A stretch of DNA of 64,000 nucleotides, from positions 78 through 64,077 of the forward strand of contig CAIVJE010000114.1 in assembly GCA_903906135.1 (NCBI GenBank), in the 5' to 3' direction. Shown here in pieces: positions 9,163 through 19,138 of the stretch. The translations under genes and the position numbers were made by a program. Numbering within the stretch: position 1 is the stretch's first letter; each line of letters opens with the position of its first letter. Under the pieces are notes generated by a model, which did not search any database, had not been told where the DNA came from, and saw only the letters and a list, made by a program, of their open reading frames with translations. This DNA is from an uncultured Verrucomicrobiota bacterium (lineage in GTDB: Bacteria; Verrucomicrobiota; Verrucomicrobiia; Opitutales; Opitutaceae).

Positions 9163-10266
9163 TTAATTATTAAAGCGGAAGAGGGCGACGTCGCCGTCTT
9201 TGAAGACGTATTCCTTGCCCTCGAGGCGATATTTACCGGCTTCGCGGGCGGCGGCCACGCTGCCCAGGCGCGTGAGGTCTTCGTAGCTGACGATTTCTGC
9301 TTTGATGAAACCTTTCTCAAAATCCGTGTGAATGACGCCGGCAGCTTGGGGTGCCTTCCAGCCCTGCTTGATCGTCCAGCAGCGCACTTCTTTTTCGCCG
9401 GCGGTGAAGTAGGTCATTAATCCAAGCAGGCCATAAGTGCCTTTGATGAGCGCCGAGACGCCAGAATCATCAACGCCGAGATCCTTCAGAAAGGCTTTAG
9501 CTTCTTCGGGGGCCAAATCAATGAGCTCGGCTTCGATGCGCGCACTGATCGGCACGTAAGCGGCGTCGTGGTGGGTCCGCACATATTCGGCCACTTTCTG
9601 GACGAATGGGTTTTGTTCGGCGGTCGCCAGATCCGACTCGGCGACATTGCAGGCGAAGAGCACGGGCTTAGCGGTGAGCAGTTGAAACAATTTCATCAAC
9701 GCCACTTCTTCGGGCGTGGCCACGAGCGTGTTGGCCGTCTTGCCGGAATTGAGGTGAGGCGTAAGTTTTTCGAGGAGGGCTAGCTCAATAATCGCTTCCT
9801 TGTCACCTGACTTCGCATTTTTTTGAGTTTTGGTAATGCGCTTCGCGACGGCCTCGAGATCAGAGAGAACGAGTTCAGTTGTAATGACCTCAATATCACG
9901 CACCGGATCAACACTGCCCATCGTGTGGATGATATCCGGATCCTCAAAGCAGCGGACGACTTGGAGAATGGCATCGACCTCGCGGATGGTGGCGAGAAAT
10001 TGATTGCCGAGCCCTTCGCCCTTGCTGGCCCCGGCGACGAGGCCGGCGATGTCCACGAATTCGATGGCGGCGGGCACCACGATATTCGTTTTGGCAATGC
10101 TCTTGAGCACGTAAGCGCGCTCATCGGGTACGATCACGACGCCCACGTTGGGATCGATCGTGCAAAACGGATAGTTTGCTGCCTCCGCCTTACGGGAACG
10201 GGTGAGAGCGTTGAAGAGAGTGGATTTACCCACATTGGGGAGTCCGACGATGCCTGCTTTTAGCAT
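9163..10266 (-). CDS. ychF: Redox-regulated ribosome-binding ATPase YchF
   Basis: [55 protein letters not shown]. Confidence 0.97.
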   Translation of the reverse strand: MLKAGIVGLPNVGKSTLFNALTRSRKAEAANYPFCTIDPNVGVVIVPDERAYVLKSIAKTNIVVPAAIEFVDIAGLVAGASKGEGLGNQFLATIREVDAILQVVRCFEDPDIIHTMGSVDPVRDIEVITTELVLSDLEAVAKRITKTQKNAKSGDKEAIIELALLEKLTPHLNSGKTANTLVATPEEVALMKLFQLLTAKPVLFACNVAESDLATAEQNPFVQKVAEYVRTHHDAAYVPISARIEAELIDLAPEEAKAFLKDLGVDDSGVSALIKGTYGLLGLMTYFTAGEKEVRCWTIKQGWKAPQAAGVIHTDFEKGFIKAEIVSYEDLTRLGSVAAAREAGKYRLEGKEYVFKDGDVALFRFNN

Positions 10267-10311
10267 AAAATAGGTGGGTGTAAGGGTCGAATCAGCGGGG
10301 GCACTGGGGGC

Positions 10312-10342
10312 TTGACAAGAGCAAACTTGTGCCGTGCATTCT
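10312..10342 (+). promoter_or_regulatory. Possible sigma70 promoter for rpsP
   Basis: Perfect TTGACA at 10312-10317; the -10 candidate CATTCT (10337-10342) is weak and the spacer is long (19 nt). Confidence 0.35.
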
Positions 10343-10393
10343 CACCCTTTTCCTAACGACACCTGTACTCTTTTAAGCAACCAGACACATCAA

Positions 10394-10648
10394 ATGGCAC
10401 TCAAAATTCGTCTTTCTCGCGTCGGCACCAAAAACGAACCGCATTATCGCGTGGTCGTAGCTGAAGAGCGTTCCCGTCGCGATGGCGACGCTGTCGAACA
10501 GATCGGCTCGTACAATCCACGCGCCAAGGGCAACCCAATGATTATCAAGCTCGACCGCGTTGATTACTGGGTTTCGAAGGGCGCTAAGCCCACGTCGACG
10601 ATGCACGCGATGATCAAGCGCGCCCGCCGCGCCGTGCCGGCTGCCTAA
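10394..10648 (+). CDS. rpsP: 30S ribosomal protein S16
   Basis: MALKIRLSRVG, PHYRVVVAE, RDG, GSYNP, GAKPT; ATG at 10394. Confidence 0.97.
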   Translation: MALKIRLSRVGTKNEPHYRVVVAEERSRRDGDAVEQIGSYNPRAKGNPMIIKLDRVDYWVSKGAKPTSTMHAMIKRARRAVPAA

Positions 10649-10676
10649 GTCAGCGATTTTATCGTTCGTAACCTTT

Positions 10677-10704
10677 AAGGTTCGGCTCGCGCCGAACCTT
10701 TTTT
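10677..10704 (+). terminator. Intrinsic terminator between rpsP and trmD
   Basis: AAGGTTCGGC-TCGC-GCCGAACCTT perfect 10-bp stem followed by a T run. Confidence 0.75.
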
Positions 10705-10720
10705 ATTGGATAATCGCCCC

Positions 10721-11389
10721 ATGCGCATCGACGTACTGACGCTATTTCCACCCATGCTCGACGGATTTTTGTCCGAGAGTATGCTTGGCCGCGCGCAGGA
10801 GGCTAAGCTTTTGGAGGTTAAAGTGCATAATCTGCGGGACTGGTCTACCGATAAGCATCACACGACTGATGACCGCCCATTTGGCGGAGGTGCGGGCATG
10901 GTTTTAAGGTGCGAACCGGTCTTCGCTGCCATCGAGCAATTACAGACCCCAGGTTGCCGGCGCATTTATTTGACCCCGGATGGCACGCCACTCTCCCCAG
11001 CCCTCGCTCTGGAGCTATCCCAGCAGCAGCATTTGATCATGCTGAGCGGCCATTATGAAGGGATTGATCAGCGGATTCGGGAAAAAGTCATCGATCAGGA
11101 GATTAGTATCGGGGATTATGTACTTACCAACGGCACACTTGCGGCGGCGGTGGTGATTGATGCTTTGGCCCGTTTTATCCCTGGTGTACTCGGCGAAGAA
11201 AAGTCGTTGACGACCGAAAGTTTCACCAGCAAGTTGCTCGACTTTCCTCAATTCACGCGTCCTGCCGTTTATCGCGACATGTCCGTGCCAGAAGTTCTCC
11301 TCTCGGGGAATCATGGCGAAATAGAGAAGTGGCGGCACGCGCAGCAATTGAAGAAAACCCAGCAAGTTCGTCCCGATTTACTCACATAA
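10721..11389 (+). CDS. trmD: tRNA (guanine-37-N1)-methyltransferase
   Basis: MRIDVLTLFP, DDRPFGGGAGMV, GHYEGIDQR, SIGDYVL, VPEVLLSGNH. Confidence 0.97.
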   Translation: MRIDVLTLFPPMLDGFLSESMLGRAQEAKLLEVKVHNLRDWSTDKHHTTDDRPFGGGAGMVLRCEPVFAAIEQLQTPGCRRIYLTPDGTPLSPALALELSQQQHLIMLSGHYEGIDQRIREKVIDQEISIGDYVLTNGTLAAAVVIDALARFIPGVLGEEKSLTTESFTSKLLDFPQFTRPAVYRDMSVPEVLLSGNHGEIEKWRHAQQLKKTQQVRPDLLT

Positions 11390-11395
11390 CCAGCT

Positions 11396-11788
11396 ATGAA
11401 TCCTATTATCCAAGAAATCACCGCCGCTCAGGTGAAACATAAAGTTGCGCCGTTTAAAGTCGGCGACGGTGTCCGCGTGCACACCAAAGTCCGCGAGGGA
11501 GATAAGGAGCGCGTACAGATTTTCACCGGTGTGGTCATTGCCCACAAAGGCAGCGGTATCCACGAGACCTTCACGGTCCGCCGCATCAGCTACGGCGAGG
11601 GCGTCGAGCGCGTGTTCCCTGTTAACTCACCAAACCTCGAGAAGATCGAGGTAGAGAAAGACTCCAAGCCCGGCAAGGCCCGGCTTTATTACCTGCGTGA
11701 TCGCACCGGTAAGGCGGCTATGGCCGTTAAGGAAAAGCGCTATGACCCAACGGCCAAAGCCGCGGCTAAAGCCGCCGCCAAAGCCTAA
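11396..11788 (+). CDS. rplS: 50S ribosomal protein L19
   Basis: FKVGDGVRVH, EGDKERVQIF, TFTVRRISYGEGVERVFP, ARLYYLR. Confidence 0.97.
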   Translation: MNPIIQEITAAQVKHKVAPFKVGDGVRVHTKVREGDKERVQIFTGVVIAHKGSGIHETFTVRRISYGEGVERVFPVNSPNLEKIEVEKDSKPGKARLYYLRDRTGKAAMAVKEKRYDPTAKAAAKAAAKA

Positions 11789-11818
11789 GCTAACGTCCTT
11801 AGTTTATTGTTAGCGTCG

Positions 11819-11845
11819 GGCGGGATCATTGATCCCGCCTTTTTC
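11819..11845 (+). terminator. Intrinsic terminator after rplS
   Basis: GGCGGGATC-ATT-GATCCCGCC followed by TTTTT. Confidence 0.8.
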
Positions 11846-12005
11846 TTTGGTTCATTTGAAGCGCTCGCTTGAGCGTCAATCGCCGTTGCCGTTGCCGTTC
11901 TCGGCATCGGTTGTTCGCGCCGGGTCCTATTTATGCCAATAATTGAGCTTTGCAGGCTGGGGTATCCCACCGTAATTCAAGTTCACCCCTGCGTCTTTTA
12001 AAATC

Positions 12006-13997
12006 ATGAAACTTTCGACTGAGATTCTTTCCCAAGCCTCTGCTCAAGCTCGTGGCCTCGCTATCGATGCCATTCATAAGTGTTCCTCGGGACACCTTGG
12101 TCTACCACTGGGGTGTGCTGAAATCGGTGCCGTGCTCTACGGCCATGCTTTGGTGCATAATCCTGATGAACCCCGTTGGCTGAACCGCGATCGCTTTGTG
12201 CTCTCGGCTGGGCACGGTTCGATGTTTCTCTACACGTGGCTGCACCTGAGCGGCTACGATCTATCCCTCGAGGAATTAAAAAACTTCCGCGTTCTCCATA
12301 GCAAAACGCCGGGTCATCCGGAATTTCACGAGACGCCTGGCGTCGAGGCGACTACCGGCCCGCTGGGTCAAGGCATCGGCAATGCCGTTGGCCTCGCGCT
12401 GTCTGGCCAGATGGCCGCCGCGCATTTTAATACACCCACCCAGAAGATTTTTGATCATCACATTCTGTGTTTGGCGGGGGACGGCTGCATGCAGGAAGGG
12501 GTCGCGATGGAGGCGTGCGCTTTCGCTGGTCACCAAGGGCTCGATAATTTGATTCTGATTTACGATTCTAATGACGTCACCCTCGACGCGATGGCGGATA
12601 AGTCGCAGAGCGAAAACACTGCCGCCCGGTTTAAGGCGATTGGCTGGGATGTGCAGACGCTGCCCAATGGCCACGATCTCAGCGCGATTCTCAAAGCAAT
12701 TACTAAAGCCAAAAAAGCTAAGAGCGGCCAACCGCAGTTGATTATTGCGAAGACCGTGATTGGGCAGGGTATTCCGGAAGTAGCGGGGACCTCAAAGGGT
12801 CACGGCGAGGGTGGGGCGAAATTTGCGGCGGCGGCGCGGCAGGGACTCGGCTTGCCAGCAGATCAGCATTTTTATGTGAGTGACGCCGTGCAGGTTTATT
12901 TTGCTGAGCATAAAAAACGGCTCAAGCGCGGTTATAATAAGTGGAAAAAACTTTACGCAGCTTGGCGCACGGCAGAGCCAGCTAAATCAGCTCTGCTCGA
13001 GCAGGCCGGCGCGACGCCGAGCGCAGCGCACTTGCTGACCAAGATGCCGCTGTTTCCCGTCGACGCTAAACTCGCCACTCGCGCCGCGGGCAGCAATGTA
13101 TTGCAGCCACTGGCCGCTGAGTTACCCCTCCTGATTTCCGGCAGCGCGGATCTCCACGGCTCGACGTTGAATTATATCTCGGCTGATAAAGACTTTGATC
13201 GCACCAATCGCCTTGGGCGCAATTTGCGTTATGGTATTCGTGAACACGGCATGGCGGCGATTTGCAACGGGGTAGCTTATGATGGGATTTTCCGGCCCTC
13301 CTGTGCGACGTTCTTGGTTTTTGCTGATTACTCCCGTCCGGCGATGCGGATTGCGGCACTCGCCAAATTGCCGGTGATTTATATCTACACGCACGATTCC
13401 ATTGGTGTGGGTGAAGATGGTCCTACTCATCAACCGGTGGAGACCGTTTCGGGTTTACGGGTTATCCCCAATCTCGATGTCATTCGCCCAGCTGATCCCG
13501 AGGAAACGGCCGGAGCCTTCGCTGCCGCGTTGGAACGCACATCCGGCCCGACCCTTTTGTCGCTCACGCGTCAGGCCGTGCCGATGCTGAATGATTGTTC
13601 CCCGCACGAACGGCGATCCGGCGTGTTAAAAGGCGGCTATATTTTGATTCAGGAAACCGCTCCGTTAACGCATATTTTGCTCGCGAGCGGTAGTGAGGTT
13701 CAATGGGCCGTTGCCGCAGCCAAGACTCTGGGTGCCGGCACTCGCGTGGTCTCGATGCCGTCATTTATGCGCTTTGATCAGCAACCCGCTGCTTATCGCG
13801 AAGCAATCTTGCCCGCAGCTTGTCGTAAACGCGTCGCGATCGAGGCCGGCGTCACGGCGCTGTGGCATAAATACGTCGGACTGGACGGCCACGTCATTGG
13901 CATCGATCGCTTCGGTCTCAGCGCCCCGGGCAATATTGCCATGAAAGAGCTCGGGATCACGACTGAGGCGGTCGTAGCAGCTGCGCGGGCTTTGTAA
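12006..13997 (+). CDS. tkt: Transketolase
   Basis: [35 protein letters not shown] (TPP motif), [23 protein letters not shown]. Confidence 0.97.
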   Translation: MKLSTEILSQASAQARGLAIDAIHKCSSGHLGLPLGCAEIGAVLYGHALVHNPDEPRWLNRDRFVLSAGHGSMFLYTWLHLSGYDLSLEELKNFRVLHSKTPGHPEFHETPGVEATTGPLGQGIGNAVGLALSGQMAAAHFNTPTQKIFDHHILCLAGDGCMQEGVAMEACAFAGHQGLDNLILIYDSNDVTLDAMADKSQSENTAARFKAIGWDVQTLPNGHDLSAILKAITKAKKAKSGQPQLIIAKTVIGQGIPEVAGTSKGHGEGGAKFAAAARQGLGLPADQHFYVSDAVQVYFAEHKKRLKRGYNKWKKLYAAWRTAEPAKSALLEQAGATPSAAHLLTKMPLFPVDAKLATRAAGSNVLQPLAAELPLLISGSADLHGSTLNYISADKDFDRTNRLGRNLRYGIREHGMAAICNGVAYDGIFRPSCATFLVFADYSRPAMRIAALAKLPVIYIYTHDSIGVGEDGPTHQPVETVSGLRVIPNLDVIRPADPEETAGAFAAALERTSGPTLLSLTRQAVPMLNDCSPHERRSGVLKGGYILIQETAPLTHILLASGSEVQWAVAAAKTLGAGTRVVSMPSFMRFDQQPAAYREAILPAACRKRVAIEAGVTALWHKYVGLDGHVIGIDRFGLSAPGNIAMKELGITTEAVVAAARAL

Positions 13998-14162
13998 GCG
14001 TCTTCCGAGCGAGATCGCTCAATTACTCGTAATCAAAGTAGGTCTACTATGAGAACGCTTGATTGAGTGTTTATTGGGTTTTTCCTTCGCCAACTCAGTT
14101 TAAATTTAATCTGCGATGCCGACAACTTGGCGCCCAGATTTTGCAAAAGACTCCTTGCGAAA

Positions 14163-14182
14163 ATCATTAGGAGGCTAACTGT
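14163..14182. promoter_or_regulatory. Putative MarR operator
   Basis: TTAG-GAGG-CTAA inverted repeat (14167-14178) just downstream of a -35-like TTGCGA and about 20 nt upstream of the marR start. Confidence 0.35.
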
Positions 14183-14196
14183 CTGTTGCCGTACTT

Positions 14197-14778
14197 ATGC
14201 CTTATTTGCTCATCAAAGATCTTCCGCGCTACGACTGTCTGTTAAAGGCAGCCAAAGAGTTTCCTGATCTTGATCCTTCTGCCGCTGAGGCATTTCTGCA
14301 TCTTCTTCGAACGGGCGATGAGGTCTTTTCAGTCACAGATCGCAGCATGGTTGAGCACCATATTTCCCAAGGTCGTTTTGGGGTATTAATGTTGTTGTGG
14401 CGCAGCGCACAATCACGCCCCTTGGATTTGTTGGGCGGGGTTGATGCGAGCTTGCGGACGCCCGCAGAATTAGCCGACGCGGCGGGGGTAACTCGTGCGA
14501 CGATGACCGGTCTCGTGGATACGCTGGAGCGAGATGGTTTTGTTAAGCGGGAACCCGACCCTAATGATCGTCGGATGATTTCAGTGCGCCTGACGAGCGG
14601 TGGGGAGCGATTTTTGCAAGATTTTTTACCCGGACATTTCAAAACTATCACGGCGCTGATGAGTCCGCTGAGTGAGAGTGAGCGTAAAACGCTGGTTGGC
14701 TTGCTCGGTAAAATCCAGCAGCAGGCGGCGGTCTTGGGCTTAGCCAAGCCGGTGTCGGCGCTGGTGCCCGTGGGCTAA
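14197..14778 (+). CDS. MarR-family transcriptional regulator
   Basis: TPAELADAAGVTRATMTGLVDTLERDGFVKR...DRR winged helix; first gene of the efflux operon. Confidence 0.93.
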   Translation: MPYLLIKDLPRYDCLLKAAKEFPDLDPSAAEAFLHLLRTGDEVFSVTDRSMVEHHISQGRFGVLMLLWRSAQSRPLDLLGGVDASLRTPAELADAAGVTRATMTGLVDTLERDGFVKREPDPNDRRMISVRLTSGGERFLQDFLPGHFKTITALMSPLSESERKTLVGLLGKIQQQAAVLGLAKPVSALVPVG

Positions 14779-14813
14779 TTCAATTTCTAAAATTAATTCT
14801 GATATTTTTATTT

Positions 14814-15935
14814 ATGTTTAAAAAATTCCTCATCGCCTTCGGCGGTTTCATCTTAGTGGTGGCGACGCTTGGTGCCGTCAAAGTTGCTCAGATTAAAAAA
14901 TTATCGTCGACCCCGCGGCTCGCGCCGGTCAGCGCGGTCACGACGAGCACCGCCGTTGCAGTTACATGGTACCCACTGCTTCAGGCCATTGGCTCCTTGG
15001 CGCCAGTGGAAGGCGTCACGGTCAGTGCCGATGCAGATGGGACGATTGTTAAAATTGGCGCCGAGAGTGGCACGCTCGTCGCCGCAGGGGCTTTGTTGGT
15101 GGAGCTTGATACGAGCGTCGAGTCGGCGCAGTTGAATGCCATACAGGCACGGGGTGAACTGGCGCGGATTAATATGGCGCGGGCCCAGGATCTCCTCGGG
15201 AGCAAGGCGATGGCGCAGTCTGAATATGATGCCATTGCGGCGGCTTATAAACAATCGCTTGCCGATGTGGCAGCACTGCAGGCGCTCATCGATAAGAAGC
15301 ATGTCCGCGCCCCTTTTGCCGGTCGGGTCGGCATTCGCTTAGTCAATGTTGGCCAATACGTCGCCAAGGGCCGCGCCTTGATGCCGCTCCAAAAACTTAA
15401 TCCGATTTTTGTTAATTTCAGTGTGCCGCAGCGGGAGTTACCCAATTTGATCATCGGACAAAAAACGGTGGTCAGCGTCGACGCTTTCCCCGGGGTCAAT
15501 TTTCCTGGAGCAATTTCTGCGATCAATTCCGAGGTTGATGCCGCGACGCGCAATTTAGGGGTGCAAGCAACGCTGGCCAATCCCGCTGAGGTGCTCCGCG
15601 CCGGTATGTTTGCTCAGGTGTTTATTGAATTACCCGTGCCCTCCGCCAAAATTGTCTTACCGGCCACCGCCATCGCCTACGCCTCCTACGGCAATTCGGT
15701 CTTTATTGTCGAAAAAATGAAAAACAAAGAGGGGGCTGAGTACCTCGGCGTACGCCAGCAAATCGTCAAACTTGGCGTCACGCGGGGCGATCTTATCGCC
15801 ATTGAGGAAGGGGTTAAGGCGGGTGAAGTGGTCGTCACCACCGGAGTTTTCAAACTGCGCAACGGAGCCGCCGTCCAAATTAATAATACGGTCCGTCCCT
15901 CCGATAGCGCTACGCCCAAACCATCAAATACCTGA
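14814..15935 (+). CDS. RND efflux periplasmic adaptor (membrane fusion protein)
   Basis: N-terminal anchor, RAPFAGRVGIRLVNVGQYV, LRAGMF, VVVTTG; precedes the RND pump. Confidence 0.93.
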   Translation: MFKKFLIAFGGFILVVATLGAVKVAQIKKLSSTPRLAPVSAVTTSTAVAVTWYPLLQAIGSLAPVEGVTVSADADGTIVKIGAESGTLVAAGALLVELDTSVESAQLNAIQARGELARINMARAQDLLGSKAMAQSEYDAIAAAYKQSLADVAALQALIDKKHVRAPFAGRVGIRLVNVGQYVAKGRALMPLQKLNPIFVNFSVPQRELPNLIIGQKTVVSVDAFPGVNFPGAISAINSEVDAATRNLGVQATLANPAEVLRAGMFAQVFIELPVPSAKIVLPATAIAYASYGNSVFIVEKMKNKEGAEYLGVRQQIVKLGVTRGDLIAIEEGVKAGEVVVTTGVFKLRNGAAVQINNTVRPSDSATPKPSNT

Positions 15936-16011
15936 ATGCAGGGCTGAGGCAACGTGATCGCTCGATCACGCGTCGCTTCAGTACCAGCGAGTTTACATTT
16001 TTGTTCGTCCT

Positions 16012-19000
16012 ATGAAATTTTCCTTTACCGACCTGTTCATTCGCAAACCCGTCATCGCGCTGGTGGTTAACTTGGTCATTCTGATCGTCGGTTTGGTCTC
16101 CTACACTAAGCTCAATACCCGCCAGTATCCTCGCAGCGACAGCGCGGTCGTTAATGTGACCACGATTTATTTCGGGGCCAGCGCGGACACGGTTCGCGGC
16201 TACATTACCACTCAACTGGAGCGCAGCATTTCGAGTGCCGATGGGATCGATTACATCGAGTCGACTAGCACAGCCGGCATTAGCACGATTAAGGTTTATC
16301 TCCGGCTGAACTACGACACCAACGCCGCGCTGGCGCAGATTAGCTCAAAAATTGATCAGGTGCGCAACGAGTTGCCGCCCGGTTCGGAGACGCCGACGAT
16401 CAACGTGGAGACGGCGGATAGCCAATTTGCTTCTGCTTACCTGAGTTTCTACTCCGACACACTCGATCAGAATCAAATCACCGACTATTTGAACCGCATG
16501 GTGCAGCCAAGGCTCTCCGCGGTTAAAGGTATTCAACGAGCGGATGTCTTAGGGGGGCGCGTATTCGCGATGCGGATTTGGTTGAAGCCCGAGGAACTCG
16601 CGGCGCGTGGTCTCAGTCCCTCTGATATCCGCGCCGCCCTGCAAGCGAACAACGCCCTGGCGGCCGTCGGGGCGACCAAGGGTTCGATGATTAGCGTCAG
16701 CTTGGTCGCCAATACTGATTTGAAGAATGTGGAAGAATTTAAGCAGTTGGTCGTCGCCCAGCGCAACGGCTCGATTATCCGGCTGAGGGATATCGCGGAG
16801 ATCGTCTTGGGCGCGGAAGATTACAACACCGAGGTAAAATTCGGCGGCCAAACGGCTACTTTTATGGGCCTCTGGGTTTTGCCGACGGACAGCACCGTAG
16901 AGGTGATCGCGCGCGCGCGGGCTATTATGCCGGAGATCGAGCGAGCCCTGCCGGCAGGGTTACACTTCAAACTCGCGTATGATGGGACGAAATACATCAG
17001 CGACGCGCTCACCGAGATTCTCCGCACGTTAATTGAAACGCTGCTCATTGTGATGGTGGTGATTTTCCTGTTTATGGGTTCGTTGCGTTCGGTGCTCATT
17101 CCGATCGTCGCGATGCCGCTTTCGCTGGTGGGTGCGCTCGCGCTCATGATGGCTTTTGGTTTTACGATCAACTTGCTTACCCTCCTCGCGGTGGTCTTGG
17201 CCGTCGGGATCGTGGTGGATGATGCGATCGTGGTGGTGGAAAATATTGAGCGCCATATCCGGGAGGGCCAAACACCCGTGGAGGCGGCCATTTTGGGCGC
17301 ACGGGAATTGGTGGGGCCGGTTATTTCAATGACGATTACCTTGGCCGCCGTTTATGCCCCGATTGCTTTTCAGGGTGGGCTAACGGGCGCGTTGTTCCGT
17401 GAGTTTGCGATGACGCTGGCTGGGGCGGTGGCGGTTTCCGGCTTTGTGGCACTCACGCTTTCGCCCATGATGAGTGCTTATTTACTTAAGGATCATGATC
17501 ACGAGGATCAAGGACTCAGCGGGCGCATTAATCGTGGTTTCGATCGCGTCCGGGATCGTTATGAAAAAATTATCGGAGCCAGCCTCGGCTGGGTGCCGGT
17601 AACGATTACGGGGGCGGCGCTGCTGACGCTCCTGATGGTCCCTTTCTTTATGTTCGCGCAGCGCGAACTCGCGCCCAAAGAAGACCAAGGGGTCGTCTTT
17701 AGTATTTTACAGCCGGCGCCAACGGCGACGATAGATCAAAATTCCCTCTTCGCGGCAGAGGTGCAGAAGATGTATGCGGCGGTGCCTGAATACGAAAACT
17801 CGTTTCAAGTGACCGGAGCCAATTTTGGCTTCGCTGGTCTCATTTTGAAACCGTGGTCCCAGCGCCAGCGTACGGCCGTGCAAATTCAAGAGTCGTTGCA
17901 AGCGCCGGCCGCCACCATCGCTGGGGTCCAACTTATCGTTACGACCCCCGAACCGCTACCCGCGGGTGGGCAATTCCCCATTGAATTGGTGATTCGCTCC
18001 ACGGACGGACATCGGGAAATGCTCGAGTACGCGCAGCAACTCGTCCTGTACGCCAACACCGAGGCAAATGCGGCCGGTGGGGCGCCTACTTTCTATTTTG
18101 CGGACAGCGATTTGAAATTCGATTTGCCCCAAGTCGAGATTGATATCGATAAAGACAAAGTTGCTTCCATGAGCCTCAACCTCAGCGACGTCGCTCGGGA
18201 TTTGGGCTCATTGCTTGGGGGCGGCTACGTCAACCGCTTCGTCAATGATGGGCGCAGCTACCGCGTGATTCCCCAAGTCGAGCGGAGTCAGCGCCTCAAC
18301 GCGGATCAACTCTTGAATTACAATGTGCGGGGACCGGCGGGCCAGCTGATTCCTTTGTCCACGATTGCGACCTTAAAACACACGGTGCAGCCGCGAACCT
18401 TGAATCGTTTCCAACAGCTTAACTCCGTGAAGATTACTGGCGTGGGGCCAAGTATCGATAATGCCTTAAAAAAATTAGAAGCCAAGGCGGCGGAGATTTT
18501 GCCCCCAGGTTACTCGATCGATTACGGTGGGCAGTCGCGCCAGCTACGCGTCGAGGGTGGGGCACTCTGGAAGGCCGCCGTGTTGTCGTTGGTGCTCATC
18601 TTTCTCGTCTTGGCGGCGCAATTTAACAGCTTTCGCGATCCGTTTATCATTCTGCTCGGCTCCGTGCCGCTCGCGCTGGTTGGGGCCATGGTGCCGATCT
18701 TTCTCTTGAAGACATCACTCAATATTTATTCGCAGATTGGGCTGATTACCCTCGTCGGCTTGATTGCTAAAAATGGTATCCTCATCGTAGAATTTGCTAA
18801 TACACTGCAAGCGCAGGGGATCACCAAGCGTGTGGCTATTCGACGGGCGGCGGCCACCCGACTGCGTCCCGTGCTCATGACCTCGGCGGCCACGGTGTTT
18901 GGCCATCTCATGCTGATCTTTGTCACGGGCCCAGGGGCAGCCGCCCGCAATAGCATTGGCTGGGTGCTGGTCGTCGGCATGGCCGTCGGGACCATCTTTA

Positions 19001-19107
19001 CTCTCTATGTCGTGCCAGCTTTCTACATGCTGATCGCGCGTGAACAGAATTCTACGCCCACGACTGGCGCGGCGCCTTCGTCAGGGCAACCCGTGCTCGC
19101 CAAGTGA
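16012..19107 (+). CDS. RND efflux permease (AcrB/MexW-like)
   Basis: 1031 aa; FIRKPV, VGIVVDDAIVVVENI, KNGILIVEF, RLRPVLMT. Confidence 0.96.
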   Translation: MKFSFTDLFIRKPVIALVVNLVILIVGLVSYTKLNTRQYPRSDSAVVNVTTIYFGASADTVRGYITTQLERSISSADGIDYIESTSTAGISTIKVYLRLNYDTNAALAQISSKIDQVRNELPPGSETPTINVETADSQFASAYLSFYSDTLDQNQITDYLNRMVQPRLSAVKGIQRADVLGGRVFAMRIWLKPEELAARGLSPSDIRAALQANNALAAVGATKGSMISVSLVANTDLKNVEEFKQLVVAQRNGSIIRLRDIAEIVLGAEDYNTEVKFGGQTATFMGLWVLPTDSTVEVIARARAIMPEIERALPAGLHFKLAYDGTKYISDALTEILRTLIETLLIVMVVIFLFMGSLRSVLIPIVAMPLSLVGALALMMAFGFTINLLTLLAVVLAVGIVVDDAIVVVENIERHIREGQTPVEAAILGARELVGPVISMTITLAAVYAPIAFQGGLTGALFREFAMTLAGAVAVSGFVALTLSPMMSAYLLKDHDHEDQGLSGRINRGFDRVRDRYEKIIGASLGWVPVTITGAALLTLLMVPFFMFAQRELAPKEDQGVVFSILQPAPTATIDQNSLFAAEVQKMYAAVPEYENSFQVTGANFGFAGLILKPWSQRQRTAVQIQESLQAPAATIAGVQLIVTTPEPLPAGGQFPIELVIRSTDGHREMLEYAQQLVLYANTEANAAGGAPTFYFADSDLKFDLPQVEIDIDKDKVASMSLNLSDVARDLGSLLGGGYVNRFVNDGRSYRVIPQVERSQRLNADQLLNYNVRGPAGQLIPLSTIATLKHTVQPRTLNRFQQLNSVKITGVGPSIDNALKKLEAKAAEILPPGYSIDYGGQSRQLRVEGGALWKAAVLSLVLIFLVLAAQFNSFRDPFIILLGSVPLALVGAMVPIFLLKTSLNIYSQIGLITLVGLIAKNGILIVEFANTLQAQGITKRVAIRRAAATRLRPVLMTSAATVFGHLMLIFVTGPGAAARNSIGWVLVVGMAVGTIFTLYVVPAFYMLIAREQNSTPTTGAAPSSGQPVLAK

Positions 19108-19138
19108 CCGACAAGCATCTTTTATCCCTCCTCGCTTT

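Noticed and set aside
11752..11785. KAAAKAAAKA repeat at the end of L19
   Set aside because: Ala/Lys tails are common on ribosomal proteins; it is not a DNA repeat element.
14007..14070. Nested inverted repeats after tkt as a structured ncRNA or riboswitch
   Set aside because: Stems are short and I recognise no riboswitch consensus; an Infernal/Rfam search would be needed.
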